In this document: positions 1 to 10,437 of the stretch, in pieces
Layout of the letters: each line of letters begins with the position of its first letter
Numbering within the stretch: position 1 is the first letter of the stretch
NCBI GenBank assembly: GCA_002408465.1
Contig: DHSM01000022.1
Coordinates: 81,555 to 145,554 of the forward strand
DNA length: 64,000 nt
Source of the DNA: Firmicutes bacterium UBA5286
GTDB taxonomy: Bacteria > Bacillota > Proteinivoracia > UBA4975
Reading direction: 5' to 3'
Translations under genes and position numbers: made by a program
Notes under the pieces: model-generated
The model's database searches: none
Told to the model about the DNA's origin: nothing
Seen by the model: the letters and a program-made list of their open reading frames with translations, nothing else

Positions 1-249
1 CTCTATCTCTTCTACATACCCCTGGAAGCGGCCAGTCATGATTTCAACCGTCACCTTCTGCCTGCCGGTGAAAAACCAGTCATCTTTTATTTCCTGATAC
101 GCAGAAACTTCAAGGACTCTGGCTCGGACAATTACCGTGGGATAGTCCTGGGGCCAATCTTCCTCGTATTCCCCGCCGCTCAGGGCAGATGCCGATCCCA
201 GCAACAGAACGGCTGCAAGCAATATTGCCAGCCCACGTGATTTCTTCAC
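1..249 (-). CDS. Partial CDS (N-terminus in window, GTG start at 247-249): secreted or lipoprotein-like hypothetical protein with signal peptide MKKSRGLAILLAAVLLLGSASA
   Basis: Manual minus-strand translation starts MKKSRGLAILLAAVLLLGS... with a hydrophobic signal peptide. An AG-rich stretch lies upstream. It runs off the window start. No family recognised. Confidence 0.35.
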   Translation of the reverse strand, partial: MKKSRGLAILLAAVLLLGSASALSGGEYEEDWPQDYPTVIVRARVLEVSAYQEIKDDWFFTGRQKVTVEIMTGRFQGYVEEIE

Positions 250-377
250 CTCTTACCCGCCTTCCTTCACTGCTGCCAAATTCGAATGCAGCTATATGGC
301 TTTTGATTGCCACTAGTTTTTATTATACTTATTAGCTGGAAGAGCTGTCAAACACAAGAAAAAAGGGCCTGCAGCCC

Positions 378-1988
378 TTAATAATCTCCCAAAACCGTCT
401 GGGCAATATTGGTGGCATGATCGCCAATCCGTTCAAAATTTGCAATGATGTCAAGAAAGATAACGCCGGAGGGCGGGAAACAACGACCCTCGTTGATCCG
501 GGCCACATGGCGCTGGCGCAATTTCTTTTCCAGTCGGTCAATTTCAATGTCATCAACCAGTATTTCTCGGGCCAAGGTTTTATTCCTGGCTCTGAAAGCA
601 GCTATGGCCTTGGCGGTCATGTTGCGAACTTTGGCGTACATATCCTTGAGTTCTTCTGTTGCCGATTCCGAAAAAGGATATTTATCCTCTATTTTTTCCC
701 GAACCAAATCCGAAATATTGTCAGAGTGGTCACCAATGCGCTCAATGTCATTTACTGCATGCATATACCCTGCCAATAAGCGGCTTTGCTCCACGCTTAG
801 CCCATGCTGGGCAAGGTCCGCCAGGTAAATAGTGATTTGCTGCTCCAGTTCGTCCACAACCTCTTCATTGCGCTGAATTTTCTTGATGAGGTTAATATCT
901 GTCTGCAGCAACATGGACATAGCATTGTCAAACATCTCTACGGACAAATCTGCCATACGGCTGATTTCCCTCTCGGTAGCCCCCAAGGCCAGTGAAGGAG
1001 AATTGAGCAGGTTCTTATCCAGGTATATGGGACCTGTCTCAAATATTTCTTCAGTGCCAGGCACAATTTTCGTAATCAGCTTGACGAATTGGTTTAAGAA
1101 GGGAAGAAATAATAAGGTGTTGCTAACATTAAACAAGGTATGGCCCCAGGCCACCTGACGGGGTATCGCAGTGCTCAGCCCTTGAATAAAGATAGTGAAA
1201 GGTTTGAGTATAATCAGAAAGCATAAAACCCCAAGGACATTGAACATCAGGTGTGCCACTGCCGCCCTGCGGGCGTTGAGGCCGGTGCCAATGCTGGCCA
1301 GCATGGCCGTGATGCAGGTGCCGATATTTGAACCCAGCACCAGGGGCATTGCTCCATTTAAGTCCAGCACTCCCTGGCCAACTAAAGTAATGATGACAGC
1401 GGTTGTTGCAGAGCTGCTTTGGACCAAACTGGTAAACAGCATTCCCGCCAACAATCCCAGGATTGGGCGTTGGCCAAACTGGCCCAACAGATTGATGACT
1501 TGGGGAAATTCCTTGATGCCATCTAAAGCGTCCCCCATAATGCTTATGCCCAAAAAGAGAATGCCAAAGCCCAGGATGCTCTCACCGATATTTTTATACA
1601 TGCGCTTATTAACAAAAACATAAAGAACTACACCTAGGGCTATTGCCGGCAGGGCAAATCCGGCAATATCAAAAGAGATTATCTGACCGGTGACAGTGGT
1701 GCCGATATTGGCGCCCAGAATGGTGCCCACAGCCTGAGTGAGGGTCATCAGCCCAGCATTTACAAAGCCAACTACCATGACGGTGGTGGCGCTGCTGCTC
1801 TGGATAGCTGCAGTAATAATAAAACCTGTCAAGACTGCAGCAAAGCGATTAAAGGTCAGGAGTTCCAGAAAACGGCGCAGTTTATCCCCAGCAACTTTAT
1901 GCAAACCCTCGGACATCATATGCATTCCCAAGAGAAACAAACCCAGGCCGCCTATGATGCCCATACTCATTTTAACAATCATCCGCAC
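378..1988 (-). CDS. Na+/phosphate cotransporter family protein (NptA type II-like) with C-terminal PhoU-like repeats
   Basis: 536 aa. The N-terminal half has multiple TM helices with duplicated QSSSATT motifs typical of Na/Pi cotransporters. The C-terminal half is soluble with PhoU-like helices. Confidence 0.8.
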   Translation of the reverse strand: MRMIVKMSMGIIGGLGLFLLGMHMMSEGLHKVAGDKLRRFLELLTFNRFAAVLTGFIITAAIQSSSATTVMVVGFVNAGLMTLTQAVGTILGANIGTTVTGQIISFDIAGFALPAIALGVVLYVFVNKRMYKNIGESILGFGILFLGISIMGDALDGIKEFPQVINLLGQFGQRPILGLLAGMLFTSLVQSSSATTAVIITLVGQGVLDLNGAMPLVLGSNIGTCITAMLASIGTGLNARRAAVAHLMFNVLGVLCFLIILKPFTIFIQGLSTAIPRQVAWGHTLFNVSNTLLFLPFLNQFVKLITKIVPGTEEIFETGPIYLDKNLLNSPSLALGATEREISRMADLSVEMFDNAMSMLLQTDINLIKKIQRNEEVVDELEQQITIYLADLAQHGLSVEQSRLLAGYMHAVNDIERIGDHSDNISDLVREKIEDKYPFSESATEELKDMYAKVRNMTAKAIAAFRARNKTLAREILVDDIEIDRLEKKLRQRHVARINEGRCFPPSGVIFLDIIANFERIGDHATNIAQTVLGDY

Positions 1989-2116
1989 ACCTCCGTAAGG
2001 CTGTAATGCACCTATTACCCCATATGGTAGCCTAGGAAAACCGGCTTGTCAACACAGGAAATAAAGCCAAAAAGGGAGAAAAGGACGCTAAGTAGCGTCC
2101 CGATATCGGCAGTTCT

Positions 2117-2491
2117 TTATGCTTTTTTCCCCTTGCGGTAATCCTCTATAGCTGCCTTAAGAGCATCGGCTGCCAAGTTGGAACAGTGCATCTTCACCGG
2201 CGGCAGTCCGTCCAGTTCTTCTGCAACCTGGCGGTTTGACACTTTTTCAGCCTCAGAAATTGGCATTCCCTTGACGATTTCAGTGATCATGCTGCTGGTT
2301 GCAATAGCAGCCCCGCAGCCAAAAGTTTGAAATTTGATATCTTCGATTACCTCGTTTTCCCCTACTTTAATATACAATTTCATAATATCGCCGCAGCGGA
2401 TGTTGCCCACCTCGCCCACCCCGTTGGCATCAGGAAGAACGCCAACATTGCGCGGATTTTGAAAGTGATCCATGACTTTTTCTGAGTACAT
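2117..2491 (-). CDS. iscU: Fe-S cluster assembly scaffold IscU/NifU
   Basis: 124 aa with the conserved cysteines of NifU/IscU (GCGDIMKL..., FGCGAAIA, HCSNLA). Immediately downstream of the cysteine desulfurase. Confidence 0.9.
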   Translation of the reverse strand: MYSEKVMDHFQNPRNVGVLPDANGVGEVGNIRCGDIMKLYIKVGENEVIEDIKFQTFGCGAAIATSSMITEIVKGMPISEAEKVSNRQVAEELDGLPPVKMHCSNLAADALKAAIEDYRKGKKA

Positions 2492-2502
2492 ATCTTCTCC
2501 TC

Positions 2503-3666
2503 CTATCCCAGTTCGGCCTGTATAGGTGACATTTTCCGCAGGCGCTGGATGATCCCTGGAATTACCTCTAATACGTAGTCAATATCTTCTTCTCCAGTAG
2601 ATTTGCCCAAAGTAAACCGCAGGGAACCGTGGGCGGTTTGGTGGTCGAGCCCCATAGCCATCAGTACATGGGAAGGATTAAGGGAACCGGATGTGCAGGC
2701 GGAACCGCTGGACACAGCAATCCCCGCCATGTCAAGGCTGAGAATGAGACTTTCTCCCTCCACCCTTTTGATGCTGACATTGACGTTTCCCGGCAGGCGC
2801 TGTTCGGGATGACCGTTAAGGCGAACCTCAGGCAAAGCCGTCAGCCCTTTTATCAGCTTATCCCTGAGAACAGTCAGACGGCGGCAAGTCTCAGGCTGTT
2901 CTGCCACTGCCAGCTCCATTGCCCTGGCAAAACCCATGATCCCAGCAACGTTTTCGGTCCCAGGACGCAAGTTGCGTTCTTGGGCGCCGCCATACGAGAC
3001 GTTGGCAAGCCTTGTTCCCTTTTTGACATAAAGAAGGCCAACCCCCTTTGGTCCGTAAAGTTTGTGAGCGGAAGCCGAAAGCAGATCCACCTGCAGCTCT
3101 TTAACATCCACAGGTATATTGCCCAGGGATTGAACTGCATCTGTATGAAAAAGCGCTCCCCGCTCATGGGCAATAACTGCCAGCTCCCTAATCGGCTGAA
3201 CGGTGCCTACTTCATTATTGGCATGCATAATCGAAACCAAGACTGTCTCATCGCTGATAGCCTTTCCCAGCTGGGAGGGAGAGACCATTCCGTATTTATC
3301 CACAGGCAGCACCGTCAACCTATACCCTCGACTTTCCAGGGCCTCACAGGTATAGAGAACGGCATGGTGTTCGATTGCAGAGGTGATAATATGCCTGCCT
3401 TTATTTTTTTTCTGAGCGGCGGCGCCTAAAATCGCAATATTGTCAGCTTCTGTTCCCCCAGAGGTGAAGAATATCTCCTGGGGCGCGGCGTTAAGAGCTT
3501 TGGCCACTCGCTCTCTGGCGCCGTCCACATCCTTGTGCGCCTCCCGGCCAAAGGCATGGATGCTGGACGGGTTGCCGAACTTTTCCGTCAAAAAGGGAAT
3601 CATTGCTTCATATGCTTCCTGCCGCATTGGCGTAGTGGCGGCATGATCCAAATAGATGCTGCGCAT
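2503..3666 (-). CDS. iscS: Cysteine desulfurase (NifS/IscS, aminotransferase class V)
   Basis: 387 aa. MRSIYLDHAATTP start, an SAHK pyridoxal-lysine motif and the SSGSACTSG active-site cysteine loop. Confidence 0.9.
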   Translation of the reverse strand: MRSIYLDHAATTPMRQEAYEAMIPFLTEKFGNPSSIHAFGREAHKDVDGARERVAKALNAAPQEIFFTSGGTEADNIAILGAAAQKKNKGRHIITSAIEHHAVLYTCEALESRGYRLTVLPVDKYGMVSPSQLGKAISDETVLVSIMHANNEVGTVQPIRELAVIAHERGALFHTDAVQSLGNIPVDVKELQVDLLSASAHKLYGPKGVGLLYVKKGTRLANVSYGGAQERNLRPGTENVAGIMGFARAMELAVAEQPETCRRLTVLRDKLIKGLTALPEVRLNGHPEQRLPGNVNVSIKRVEGESLILSLDMAGIAVSSGSACTSGSLNPSHVLMAMGLDHQTAHGSLRFTLGKSTGEEDIDYVLEVIPGIIQRLRKMSPIQAELG

Positions 3667-3672
3667 TTCTGT

Positions 3673-4092
3673 TCACTCCTTTGATGCTCTTGCAAGTATA
3701 TCTGCTAGGGTTGTGGTGTCCAGCACTTCATCCATGGCGACCTTCAACTTCTGCCAGACAAATCTGGTGGAACAGCCGTCTCTGTGCCTGCACACTGCTT
3801 CCTCATCAACAGCCACGCATTGCATGGGGGCCAAAGAACCCTCCAGAGCCCATAAGACATCACCCACAGTAATGTCAGAAGGGGGGCGGGATAATTTGTA
3901 TCCGCCCTTGGCGCCGCGGAAACTGGTTACAAGCTCCTTGGTCCGCAGATCCCTGAATAAATGCTCCAAATATTGCTCGGACAGATGCTCCTTTTGAGCG
4001 ATCTGTCGCAGAGGAACAGGACCGGCATTAAATTCTTCCGCCAACACCATCATGGCCCTTAATCCATATTCTCCCCGGGTGGAAATCAGCAT
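3673..4092 (-). CDS. Rrf2 family transcriptional regulator (IscR-like, three-Cys Fe-S ligand set)
   Basis: 139 aa. N-terminal wHTH (RGEYGLRAMMVLA). Cys cluster CVAVDEEAVCRHRDGC. First gene of the Rrf2-iscS-iscU operon. Confidence 0.85.
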   Translation of the reverse strand: MLISTRGEYGLRAMMVLAEEFNAGPVPLRQIAQKEHLSEQYLEHLFRDLRTKELVTSFRGAKGGYKLSRPPSDITVGDVLWALEGSLAPMQCVAVDEEAVCRHRDGCSTRFVWQKLKVAMDEVLDTTTLADILARASKE

Positions 4093-4192
4093 ATCCTCAC
4101 CTCCGGCATAAAATACCCTAGTCTTTTACTCGGGATTATTATAGCATCGCCATTTCCCTCTGTCAATCATACCAAGAACGAAAAAAGGCCCT

Positions 4193-4747
4193 TTATTCAG
4201 AGCCCGAAAACAACCCCTGGATTAAGACGCTTATCTTTTCCCACAGCCAAAACCGCACTTCGACTTCTTGCTCTCCGCAAGCCCCCTCCGTCATTGTTTC
4301 ATTGACAAAGCACAGAGGCGGGAACAACAGACACCACCAATTTCTCCCTTGCCCTTCGCCCAGAATTACTTGGACCGACCTGTACTTGCCCTCTGGGTAG
4401 GTACGGGCTTGGTAGGCCCGGACAGGGTAATCTTCCACCTGAAATTTTACCTGGACCAGGCACTCCTCCCCTGCCGCCGTTAAAACCGAGGAAGCCAGAT
4501 TGGCTAAGATGCTCTGATTGGCAATTATCCAGGCAGCCACATCTCTTTGCTCCATTCCTGCAAATATCGGCCCCAGTTCCGTGACAATTTTATCCCGGAC
4601 TTCTTCTTTAAGTCTTTGGTCCGCGACACTGTTGCTGTTGGCGATGACATGCAATCTGATTACATCCCCTTGAGCGAGAGCTGTCCCCTGCGCAAACAAA
4701 AGCAGAAGCAAAAAAATCGTGCAGGCAAGCCTGGTATTCTCTTTCAT
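4193..4747 (-). CDS. spoIIR: Stage II sporulation protein R (SpoIIR)
   Basis: 184 aa. Signal peptide then the RLHVIANSNSVADQ motif typical of SpoIIR. Start codon overlaps the sigG stop (TAATG). Confidence 0.75.
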   Translation of the reverse strand: MKENTRLACTIFLLLLLFAQGTALAQGDVIRLHVIANSNSVADQRLKEEVRDKIVTELGPIFAGMEQRDVAAWIIANQSILANLASSVLTAAGEECLVQVKFQVEDYPVRAYQARTYPEGKYRSVQVILGEGQGRNWWCLLFPPLCFVNETMTEGACGEQEVEVRFWLWEKISVLIQGLFSGSE

Positions 4748-5529
4748 TAGACATTCCCCATATGGCTTTTGATGAATTTCAGAGCGCCTTTTTCCAAACG
4801 AGAAACCTGGGCCTGAGATATCCCCATGGCTGCCGCCACCTGAACCTGAGTTAGTCCTCCAAAGAATCGCTTATGCAGAATTTCTTTTTCCCGGGGAGAC
4901 AGTTTTCCCAAAGCTTCTTTTAACAGCAGCTTTTGCATCCAGCTGGTACTATCATTGTGCACATCCCGCACCTGATCCATCAGGTATAAGGGGTCGGTGC
5001 TGTCGCTGAACACTGCCTCGTGCAGGGAAAGGGGGTCAAAATTAGCATCCAAAGCTTGAACCACTTCTTCCGGTGGCAATTCCAGGGCGGCAGCGATTTC
5101 TTCGATTGTTGGCTCCCTGCCCATGGTTTTGGCCAGCCGCTCCCGGGCTTGCAAAGCCTTATGCGCAGTCTTGCGGAGTGAGCGGCTGACTCGGATAACA
5201 TTGTTATCCCGCAGGTAGCGGCGAATTTCCCCTAAGATCATGGGCACCGCATAAGTCGAAAACTTTACGCCTATGCTGGGATCAAAATTGTCCACGGCCT
5301 TGACCAAGCCTACACAGCCCACCTGAAAGAGATCGTCAATATTTTCGCCTCGGTTGTGGAACTGTTTTAAAACACTGAGGACAAGGCGCAAGTTGCCGGC
5401 GATGATTTCTTCCCGGGACTCTTTACAGCCCTGAAGTTTTTTTTGAAACAAGTTGTCCATTTCTTTAGCAGATAATACCTTAAGATGGTAGGTATCAATT
5501 CCGCTTAAAGTTACCCTTTTGTTAAGCAT
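4747..5529 (-). CDS. sigG: Sporulation sigma factor SigG (sigma-70 family, forespore)
   Basis: 260 aa. Near-identical blocks to B. subtilis SigG: GNLRLVLSV, DDLFQVGCVGL, VKFSTYAVPMIxGEIRRYLRDNNxIRVSRSLR, GISQAQVSRLEK. Closer to SigG than to SigF. Confidence 0.8.
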   Translation of the reverse strand: MLNKRVTLSGIDTYHLKVLSAKEMDNLFQKKLQGCKESREEIIAGNLRLVLSVLKQFHNRGENIDDLFQVGCVGLVKAVDNFDPSIGVKFSTYAVPMILGEIRRYLRDNNVIRVSRSLRKTAHKALQARERLAKTMGREPTIEEIAAALELPPEEVVQALDANFDPLSLHEAVFSDSTDPLYLMDQVRDVHNDSTSWMQKLLLKEALGKLSPREKEILHKRFFGGLTQVQVAAAMGISQAQVSRLEKGALKFIKSHMGNV

Positions 5530-5565
5530 GGCAATTCCTCCTGAGGCAATAATTTCCTTTGCCCT

Positions 5566-5597
5566 ATAGTATTGCCACTTTTATCCTATTTTTACTC
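5566..5597 (-). promoter_or_regulatory. Tentative forespore-type (sigma-F/G) promoter upstream of sigG: -35 GAGTA, about 19-20 bp spacer, -10 CAATACTA
   Basis: The minus-strand sequence tGAGTAaaaataggataaaagtggCAATACTAtagggc lies 35-65 bp upstream of the sigG ATG. The -10 resembles the sigma-G CATACTA element but the spacer is longer than consensus. Confidence 0.25.
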
Positions 5598-5664
5598 AAA
5601 AAAATTCCGCTATCCAATTAAATAAGCCAGGCGATCGTGGTTGCCGCCAGGCTTGTGTGTGGAT

Positions 5665-6231
5665 TCAAGCAATATATGTCTCAATTCCCTTATATACCAG
5701 GTGGGTGACAAATTCAGCCATCTGTTGGGGAAGTTTTGGATTGTCGTCTTGCAGCCACTTCCGGATTACGCCAATGCTCCCTGTGGCCACATAGGTATAA
5801 ATATATTCTGCGGCGGATTCGTCCACCCTTTTCTGTTTTTGCCATTCGAAGACAACCCTCTCGCTGACAATCTTCATGATATTGGTCTGAAAATCAATGT
5901 CTCCGTTGTTTCCCAGAAGGACGTGGCAGAGTTCGCTATTTTGGGCTATATATTCGAAGATCTTGGCGAGTATCTGCACCATATTTGTCTCACCCGCTTC
6001 GACAACGAAATGATCCAGAGAAGAATTGATGTCTGCTATAAATGCAGACTCTATTTGTTTTAGCAGATCAAATTGGTCGGAATAGTGGGAATAAAAGGTA
6101 GCGCGGTTAATATCGGCCCTTTCACATAGCTCCTTAATGGTCAGTCGTGAAATCGGCTTTTCCTTTAGCACTTCAATCAAGCTTTGCCGCAGAACCATTT
6201 TCGTGTACTTCACTCGTCTGTCGGTAGCCAT
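5665..6231 (-). CDS. TetR/AcrR family transcriptional regulator
   Basis: 188 aa. The N-terminal HTH (TIKELCERADINRATFYSHY) is typical of TetR. Divergent from the SDR gene. Confidence 0.85.
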   Translation of the reverse strand: MATDRRVKYTKMVLRQSLIEVLKEKPISRLTIKELCERADINRATFYSHYSDQFDLLKQIESAFIADINSSLDHFVVEAGETNMVQILAKIFEYIAQNSELCHVLLGNNGDIDFQTNIMKIVSERVVFEWQKQKRVDESAAEYIYTYVATGSIGVIRKWLQDDNPKLPQQMAEFVTHLVYKGIETYIA

Positions 6232-6305
6232 TTTTTACCCTCCTGAGAAAATTAATTTTTGGGAATCTGTTGGTTATACTACATGCTGTTGCTGGACTGT
6301 AGTGG

Positions 6306-6338
6306 AATCAACAGAAGATAACGATCTGTTGGTTGATT
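6306..6338. promoter_or_regulatory. Candidate TetR operator in the TetR/SDR divergent intergenic region: inverted repeat caacaga-N9-tctgttg, with a second atctgttggtt copy at 6263-6275
   Basis: The sequence aatCAACAGAagataacgaTCTGTTGgttgatt was read directly. The half-site atctgttggtt recurs 50 bp upstream. Confidence 0.3.
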
Positions 6339-6466
6339 AGTTTTCTTGTTGTTAGTATACTAAAGATAAGAAAGATAGTCAACACAATGTATCGGAATTC
6401 CCGAGCATTTGTGAGCCTTTCGACTGGAACATGATGAAAAATTAGCCCAAAATGGAGTGATGATCA

Positions 6467-7486
6467 ATGGCTGAAAAATATCTGCTTACAGGTGCGGCTG
6501 GGAACTTAGGGAGCAGTGTTGTCCGGGAGCTGATCTCCCAGGGCAAGGATGTTAGGGCCCTGGTCCTTCCGGGAGATACAACTGCCCAGAGACTCCCGGC
6601 AGGCGTAGAGAAGTATGAAGGGAACATCCTGAATCCTGCTGATTTGGAAAAGTTTTTCGCAGTTCCCCAGGGCACTGAAGTCACTGTTATTCATTGCGCG
6701 GGAATTGTCTCAACGGTATGGGATTATGATAAGCAGGTATTCCAGGTCAATGTGCGGGGCACAGAGAATATTGTCAAGGAATGTGTCCGCTCTAAAGTAA
6801 AGAAACTGGTCTATACCAGCTCGGTGCATGCGATTCCGGAACAGCCCAAGGGTGCAGTTATGACCGAGATAAGTGAATTTGCGCCGGAAAAAATCGTCGG
6901 GTTTTACGGGAAGACAAAAGCCTGGGCTGCGCAGATTGTCATGGACGCTGTCAAGGAGCATGACCTGAATGCTTCGGTAGTATTCCCTTCGGGACTATGC
7001 GGGCCAGATGATTATGCTTTCGGCTATGTGACCCAGCTATTGATGGACAGCGCCAGGAACAAGCTGCCGGCAGGGGTTAAGGGAGGGTACGACTTTGCCG
7101 ACGTGCGTGATGTGGCGGCAGGGGTGGTGGCGGCCTGCACAAAAGGAGTCAAGGGCGAAACCTATATCCTCGGCAACCGCTATGTGTCTGTGCGGGAAAT
7201 CTTGCAATTCGTCCATGAACTGACCCATGCCCGTCTGGTCAAGTGCATGATTTCTATCGCGGCCGCCCGCATGTTTTTGCCGGTGTTCAGCTTATACTAC
7301 AAGATCCGCAAACGCCGCCCCCTATTTACAAGGTACTCTCTTTATACCCTGACCAGCAACTCCAACTTTTCCTCAGAAAAAGCCAAGCGTGAATTAGGGT
7401 ATAAAGTGCGCCCCTTTAAGGAAACGATTCGTGATGCCCTGAAGTGGCTGCAAGCAGAAGGGAAATTAAGGCCCCGGTATCTCTAA
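6467..7486 (+). CDS. NAD(P)-dependent epimerase/dehydratase family oxidoreductase (extended SDR, dihydroflavonol-reductase-like)
   Basis: 339 aa. N-terminal Rossmann motif TGAAGNLGSSVVRELISQG. YxxxK region present. Confidence 0.8.
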   Translation: MAEKYLLTGAAGNLGSSVVRELISQGKDVRALVLPGDTTAQRLPAGVEKYEGNILNPADLEKFFAVPQGTEVTVIHCAGIVSTVWDYDKQVFQVNVRGTENIVKECVRSKVKKLVYTSSVHAIPEQPKGAVMTEISEFAPEKIVGFYGKTKAWAAQIVMDAVKEHDLNASVVFPSGLCGPDDYAFGYVTQLLMDSARNKLPAGVKGGYDFADVRDVAAGVVAACTKGVKGETYILGNRYVSVREILQFVHELTHARLVKCMISIAAARMFLPVFSLYYKIRKRRPLFTRYSLYTLTSNSNFSSEKAKRELGYKVRPFKETIRDALKWLQAEGKLRPRYL

Positions 7487-7581
7487 ATACTGATAATGCT
7501 TGCCAACAGGCTGTGTTTTGCAAAGAAGCCATAAACCCCAAGGGTTTATGGCTTCTGACATTGAACTTTGAAAGTGGCCAT

Positions 7582-8475
7582 CTAAATAGCAGTCTCTGTT
7601 TTTGTCCCCCAGACAATTCTGGCCAGTCCTGCCAAATCTTTTTCCACCTGAGGCGCCGCGAATCCACCGGAGCGGAATAATCTTTGCACTTCTTGGGCCT
7701 GGGTGCTGCCAATTTCGACAAAAAGCAATCCTCCCGGCAGCAGATAATCTGCCGCCTGCCGGAGCAAGCGCCGGTAATGGCACAAACCATCGGCCCCGGA
7801 AACTAAAGCCTCTCTGGGCTCATATCCGCTGATTTCCGGCTGTAAATCAGCATATTCCCTGGCAGCGACATAGGGCAGATTGGCAACAATGCAGGCAAAC
7901 TGCCCCCTAAGCTGTTCCAGGGGGGCTAACAAGTCACCGGGCAAAAAGATTGCCCGCTCTACAAGCCCAAATTTTTCGGCGTTTTTTTGGGCCACCTTCA
8001 AAGCCAAAATGGAACAATCAACTGCGTACAACCTGGCTGCAGGCAACAACATCAGCATGCTCAGGCCAATTGCGCCGCTGCCGGCGCCGATGTCGGCCAC
8101 AAGAACTGATTGGCCGGGAAAACCTTTGTTCAATTCTTGGACTGCCAGTTCCACCAGTATTTCCGTTTCCGGCCGGGGAATGAGGACATCTTCATTGACA
8201 CAAAAATCCCAGTGCAAAAAAGGCTTTATCCCCGTAATAAAGGCAAAGGGCTTGCGTTTTCGCCGTTCCTCGACCCCTTGCCGGAACAGCTGGGCCTGCT
8301 GGTCTGAAAGGGCAATTTCATCATGGGTCAGCACTGCGGCCTGATCCTTGCCAAGGACCCAGCCCAAGAGGAGCTGGGCTTCAAACCAGGGCTTATCGAT
8401 TCCTGCCTCTTTCAGTTTTGCCACGGCCTCAAGCATCAATTCCCGGGCTGTCATGAGTTTATCCCATCTGGGCAA
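7582..8475 (-). CDS. prmC: Release factor glutamine N5-methyltransferase PrmC (HemK)
   Basis: 297 aa. SAM-binding [12 protein letters not shown] and catalytic NLPYV (NPPY-type) motifs. Overlaps the prfA stop. Confidence 0.85.
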   Translation of the reverse strand: MPRWDKLMTARELMLEAVAKLKEAGIDKPWFEAQLLLGWVLGKDQAAVLTHDEIALSDQQAQLFRQGVEERRKRKPFAFITGIKPFLHWDFCVNEDVLIPRPETEILVELAVQELNKGFPGQSVLVADIGAGSGAIGLSMLMLLPAARLYAVDCSILALKVAQKNAEKFGLVERAIFLPGDLLAPLEQLRGQFACIVANLPYVAAREYADLQPEISGYEPREALVSGADGLCHYRRLLRQAADYLLPGGLLFVEIGSTQAQEVQRLFRSGGFAAPQVEKDLAGLARIVWGTKTETAI

Positions 8476-9559
8476 GGCGGGCGAGCTGATCGACGGTAAT
8501 CAGGCTGTCGATAATTTCTTCTAAATCCCCACCTAAGATTTCACTAAGCCGGTGGGTGGTCAAGCCGATTCTATGGTCGGTGACCCGAGTCTGGGGATAG
8601 TTATATGTCCGAATCCGCTCGGAGCGATCTCCCGTTCCCACCTGGCTGCGCCGTTCTGCAGCCAATTCTGCTTGCTGCTCGGATTGAAGTTTTTCAAAAA
8701 TCCGGGAACGGAGAACACGCATCGCCTTATCCCGGTTTTTTAGCTGAGATTTTTCATCCTGACAGGAAACAACAATCCCTGTAGGGATGTGGGTAATTCT
8801 AACTGCCGACTGGGTAGTGTTGACGCTTTGCCCACCGGGACCGGTGGCGCAAAATATATCAACGCGCAGGTCATTTGGATTGATGTCAACTTCAACTTCC
8901 TCAGCTTCCGGGAGCACGGCCACAGTAATTGTGGAGGTATGGATACGGCCGCCGGATTCAGTGGCGGGTATCCGCTGCACTCGATGCACGCCGCTTTCAT
9001 ATTTTAAACGGCTGTATGCCCCCCTGCCCTCAAGGACAAAGACTATTTCTTTGATGCCGCCGATATCAGTGTAGTGAGAGTCGAGAATCTCTGTCTTCCA
9101 TTGTTTTGTTTCAGCATACCTTGAATACATCCTAAAAATCTCCATGGCGAAAAGGGCGGCCTCTTCGCCGCCGGCGCCGCTGCGGATTTCCATAATGACG
9201 TTTTTGTCATCATTGGGGTCTTTGGGAATGAGAAGAAACTTGAGCCTTTCTTCCTGATTGGCCAGTGCGGCTTCCAGTTCTGCAGTTTCTTCCTTGGCCA
9301 GATCTACAAAATCTGGATCAGCATCTTCGGCAACAATTTCTCTGGCCTCGGTCAAAGCTTGTTGGGTTTTTTGATAAAGGCGGTAAGCCTCAACGGTTTC
9401 CGCCAATGATGCATGTTCTTTTGTCAGTTCCAGCCAGAGTTTTTGGTCCTTATTGACTAATTCAGGATCGGATATTTTTTTTTCCAGCTCCAAATATTTC
9501 TGTTCTATAGCCGCTAATTTTTCTAACACTTTATCACACCTTTTAACCTGAGGTTCCAT
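8459..9559 (-). CDS. prfA: Peptide chain release factor 1
   Basis: 366 aa. GGQ motif ([10 protein letters not shown]). An RF1-type tripeptide region. Confidence 0.95.
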   Translation of the reverse strand: MEPQVKRCDKVLEKLAAIEQKYLELEKKISDPELVNKDQKLWLELTKEHASLAETVEAYRLYQKTQQALTEAREIVAEDADPDFVDLAKEETAELEAALANQEERLKFLLIPKDPNDDKNVIMEIRSGAGGEEAALFAMEIFRMYSRYAETKQWKTEILDSHYTDIGGIKEIVFVLEGRGAYSRLKYESGVHRVQRIPATESGGRIHTSTITVAVLPEAEEVEVDINPNDLRVDIFCATGPGGQSVNTTQSAVRITHIPTGIVVSCQDEKSQLKNRDKAMRVLRSRIFEKLQSEQQAELAAERRSQVGTGDRSERIRTYNYPQTRVTDHRIGLTTHRLSEILGGDLEEIIDSLITVDQLARLAQMG

Positions 9560-9573
9560 GCAATATTATAGCC

Positions 9574-10437
9574 TTACTCTTCTCCAGGGTCAATAACGCC
9601 CGCCAGAGCGGCCAAGGCAACCTCTAACTGGCTGGCATCGGGCTCTCGGGTTGTGAGCTTTTGCAAGGCCAGGCCGGGAGCCAACAGTGCCTTGGCAATA
9701 AAGGAAGGGCTCTTTGCCGTCCATTTGATTATTTCATAGGCGATTCCCGCCAGCACTGGCAGCAGTGCCAGCCTCAGCGCCAGCTTCACCCACAGTGTTG
9801 GCGGCGAAAAAAGGGAGAACAAAAGAATGCTGAGGATGACAACCAGCAGGAGAAAGCTGGTTCCACACCGGGGATGGAGACGGGAACAGGCAGCCGCCGC
9901 CTCGGCAGTCAATGGCTTATCCTGCTCCCAGCAGCTTATTACCTTATGCTCTGCACCGTGATATTCAAAAGTTCGCCTGATATCCCTGGACAGCCCCACC
10001 AAAAGCAAATAGCTGATAAAGAGTAAAATTCTCACGATGCTTTCAAGTAGATTGAGAAGCAGACTGGAGCCGCCTAGCCAGCGAGCAAGAGGATTTACCA
10101 GGACCACGGGCAGCAAGAAGAAAAGACCAATGCCCAAGGCCAAAGAAACCACTGCTACAAACGCGAACTGTGCGGGGGAAATCTGTTCCTGGGGATCGGT
10201 CAGGTTGGCGGACATGGCTAAGCTGGAAACAGCTCCGCTCAGGGATTCATAGAGAGCAACCACACCCCGGATAAGGGGAAAACCCAAAACCGGCCATCTC
10301 CTGGCCAGTGGTACCAAAGGACTTGCGTTGGTGACAATTTCTCCATTGGCGGTGCGCACAGCAACTGCCTGACGCTGGGGGCTGCGCAGCATCACCCCTT
10401 CGATTACGGCCTGCCCCCCGATATTGCCCTGTTTCAC
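9574..10437 (-). CDS. DUF1385 family membrane protein
   Basis: 287 aa. The N-terminal [14 protein letters not shown] motif is characteristic of DUF1385. Several TM helices. Lies in the conserved position between tdk and prfA. Confidence 0.65.
   Translation of the reverse strand: MKQGNIGGQAVIEGVMLRSPQRQAVAVRTANGEIVTNASPLVPLARRWPVLGFPLIRGVVALYESLSGAVSSLAMSANLTDPQEQISPAQFAFVAVVSLALGIGLFFLLPVVLVNPLARWLGGSSLLLNLLESIVRILLFISYLLLVGLSRDIRRTFEYHGAEHKVISCWEQDKPLTAEAAAACSRLHPRCGTSFLLLVVILSILLFSLFSPPTLWVKLALRLALLPVLAGIAYEIIKWTAKSPSFIAKALLAPGLALQKLTTREPDASQLEVALAALAGVIDPGEE

Noticed and set aside
110-556. Track ORFs 110-313 and 332-556 on the minus strand
   Set aside because: Low-complexity translations overlapping the signal-peptide CDS and the Na/Pi transporter C-terminus. 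The real coding frame at 1-249 is a different one, found manually.
2629-3429. 266-aa plus-strand ORF antisense to the cysteine desulfurase gene
   Set aside because: It lies entirely within and antisense to a well-supported CDS in high-GC DNA. It has no RBS and no recognisable family. It is a typical spurious antisense ORF. The same logic applies to 25629-26357, 33300-33851, 38354-38833, 44230-44748, 46889-47539 and the many other ORFs under 170 aa overlapping real genes.
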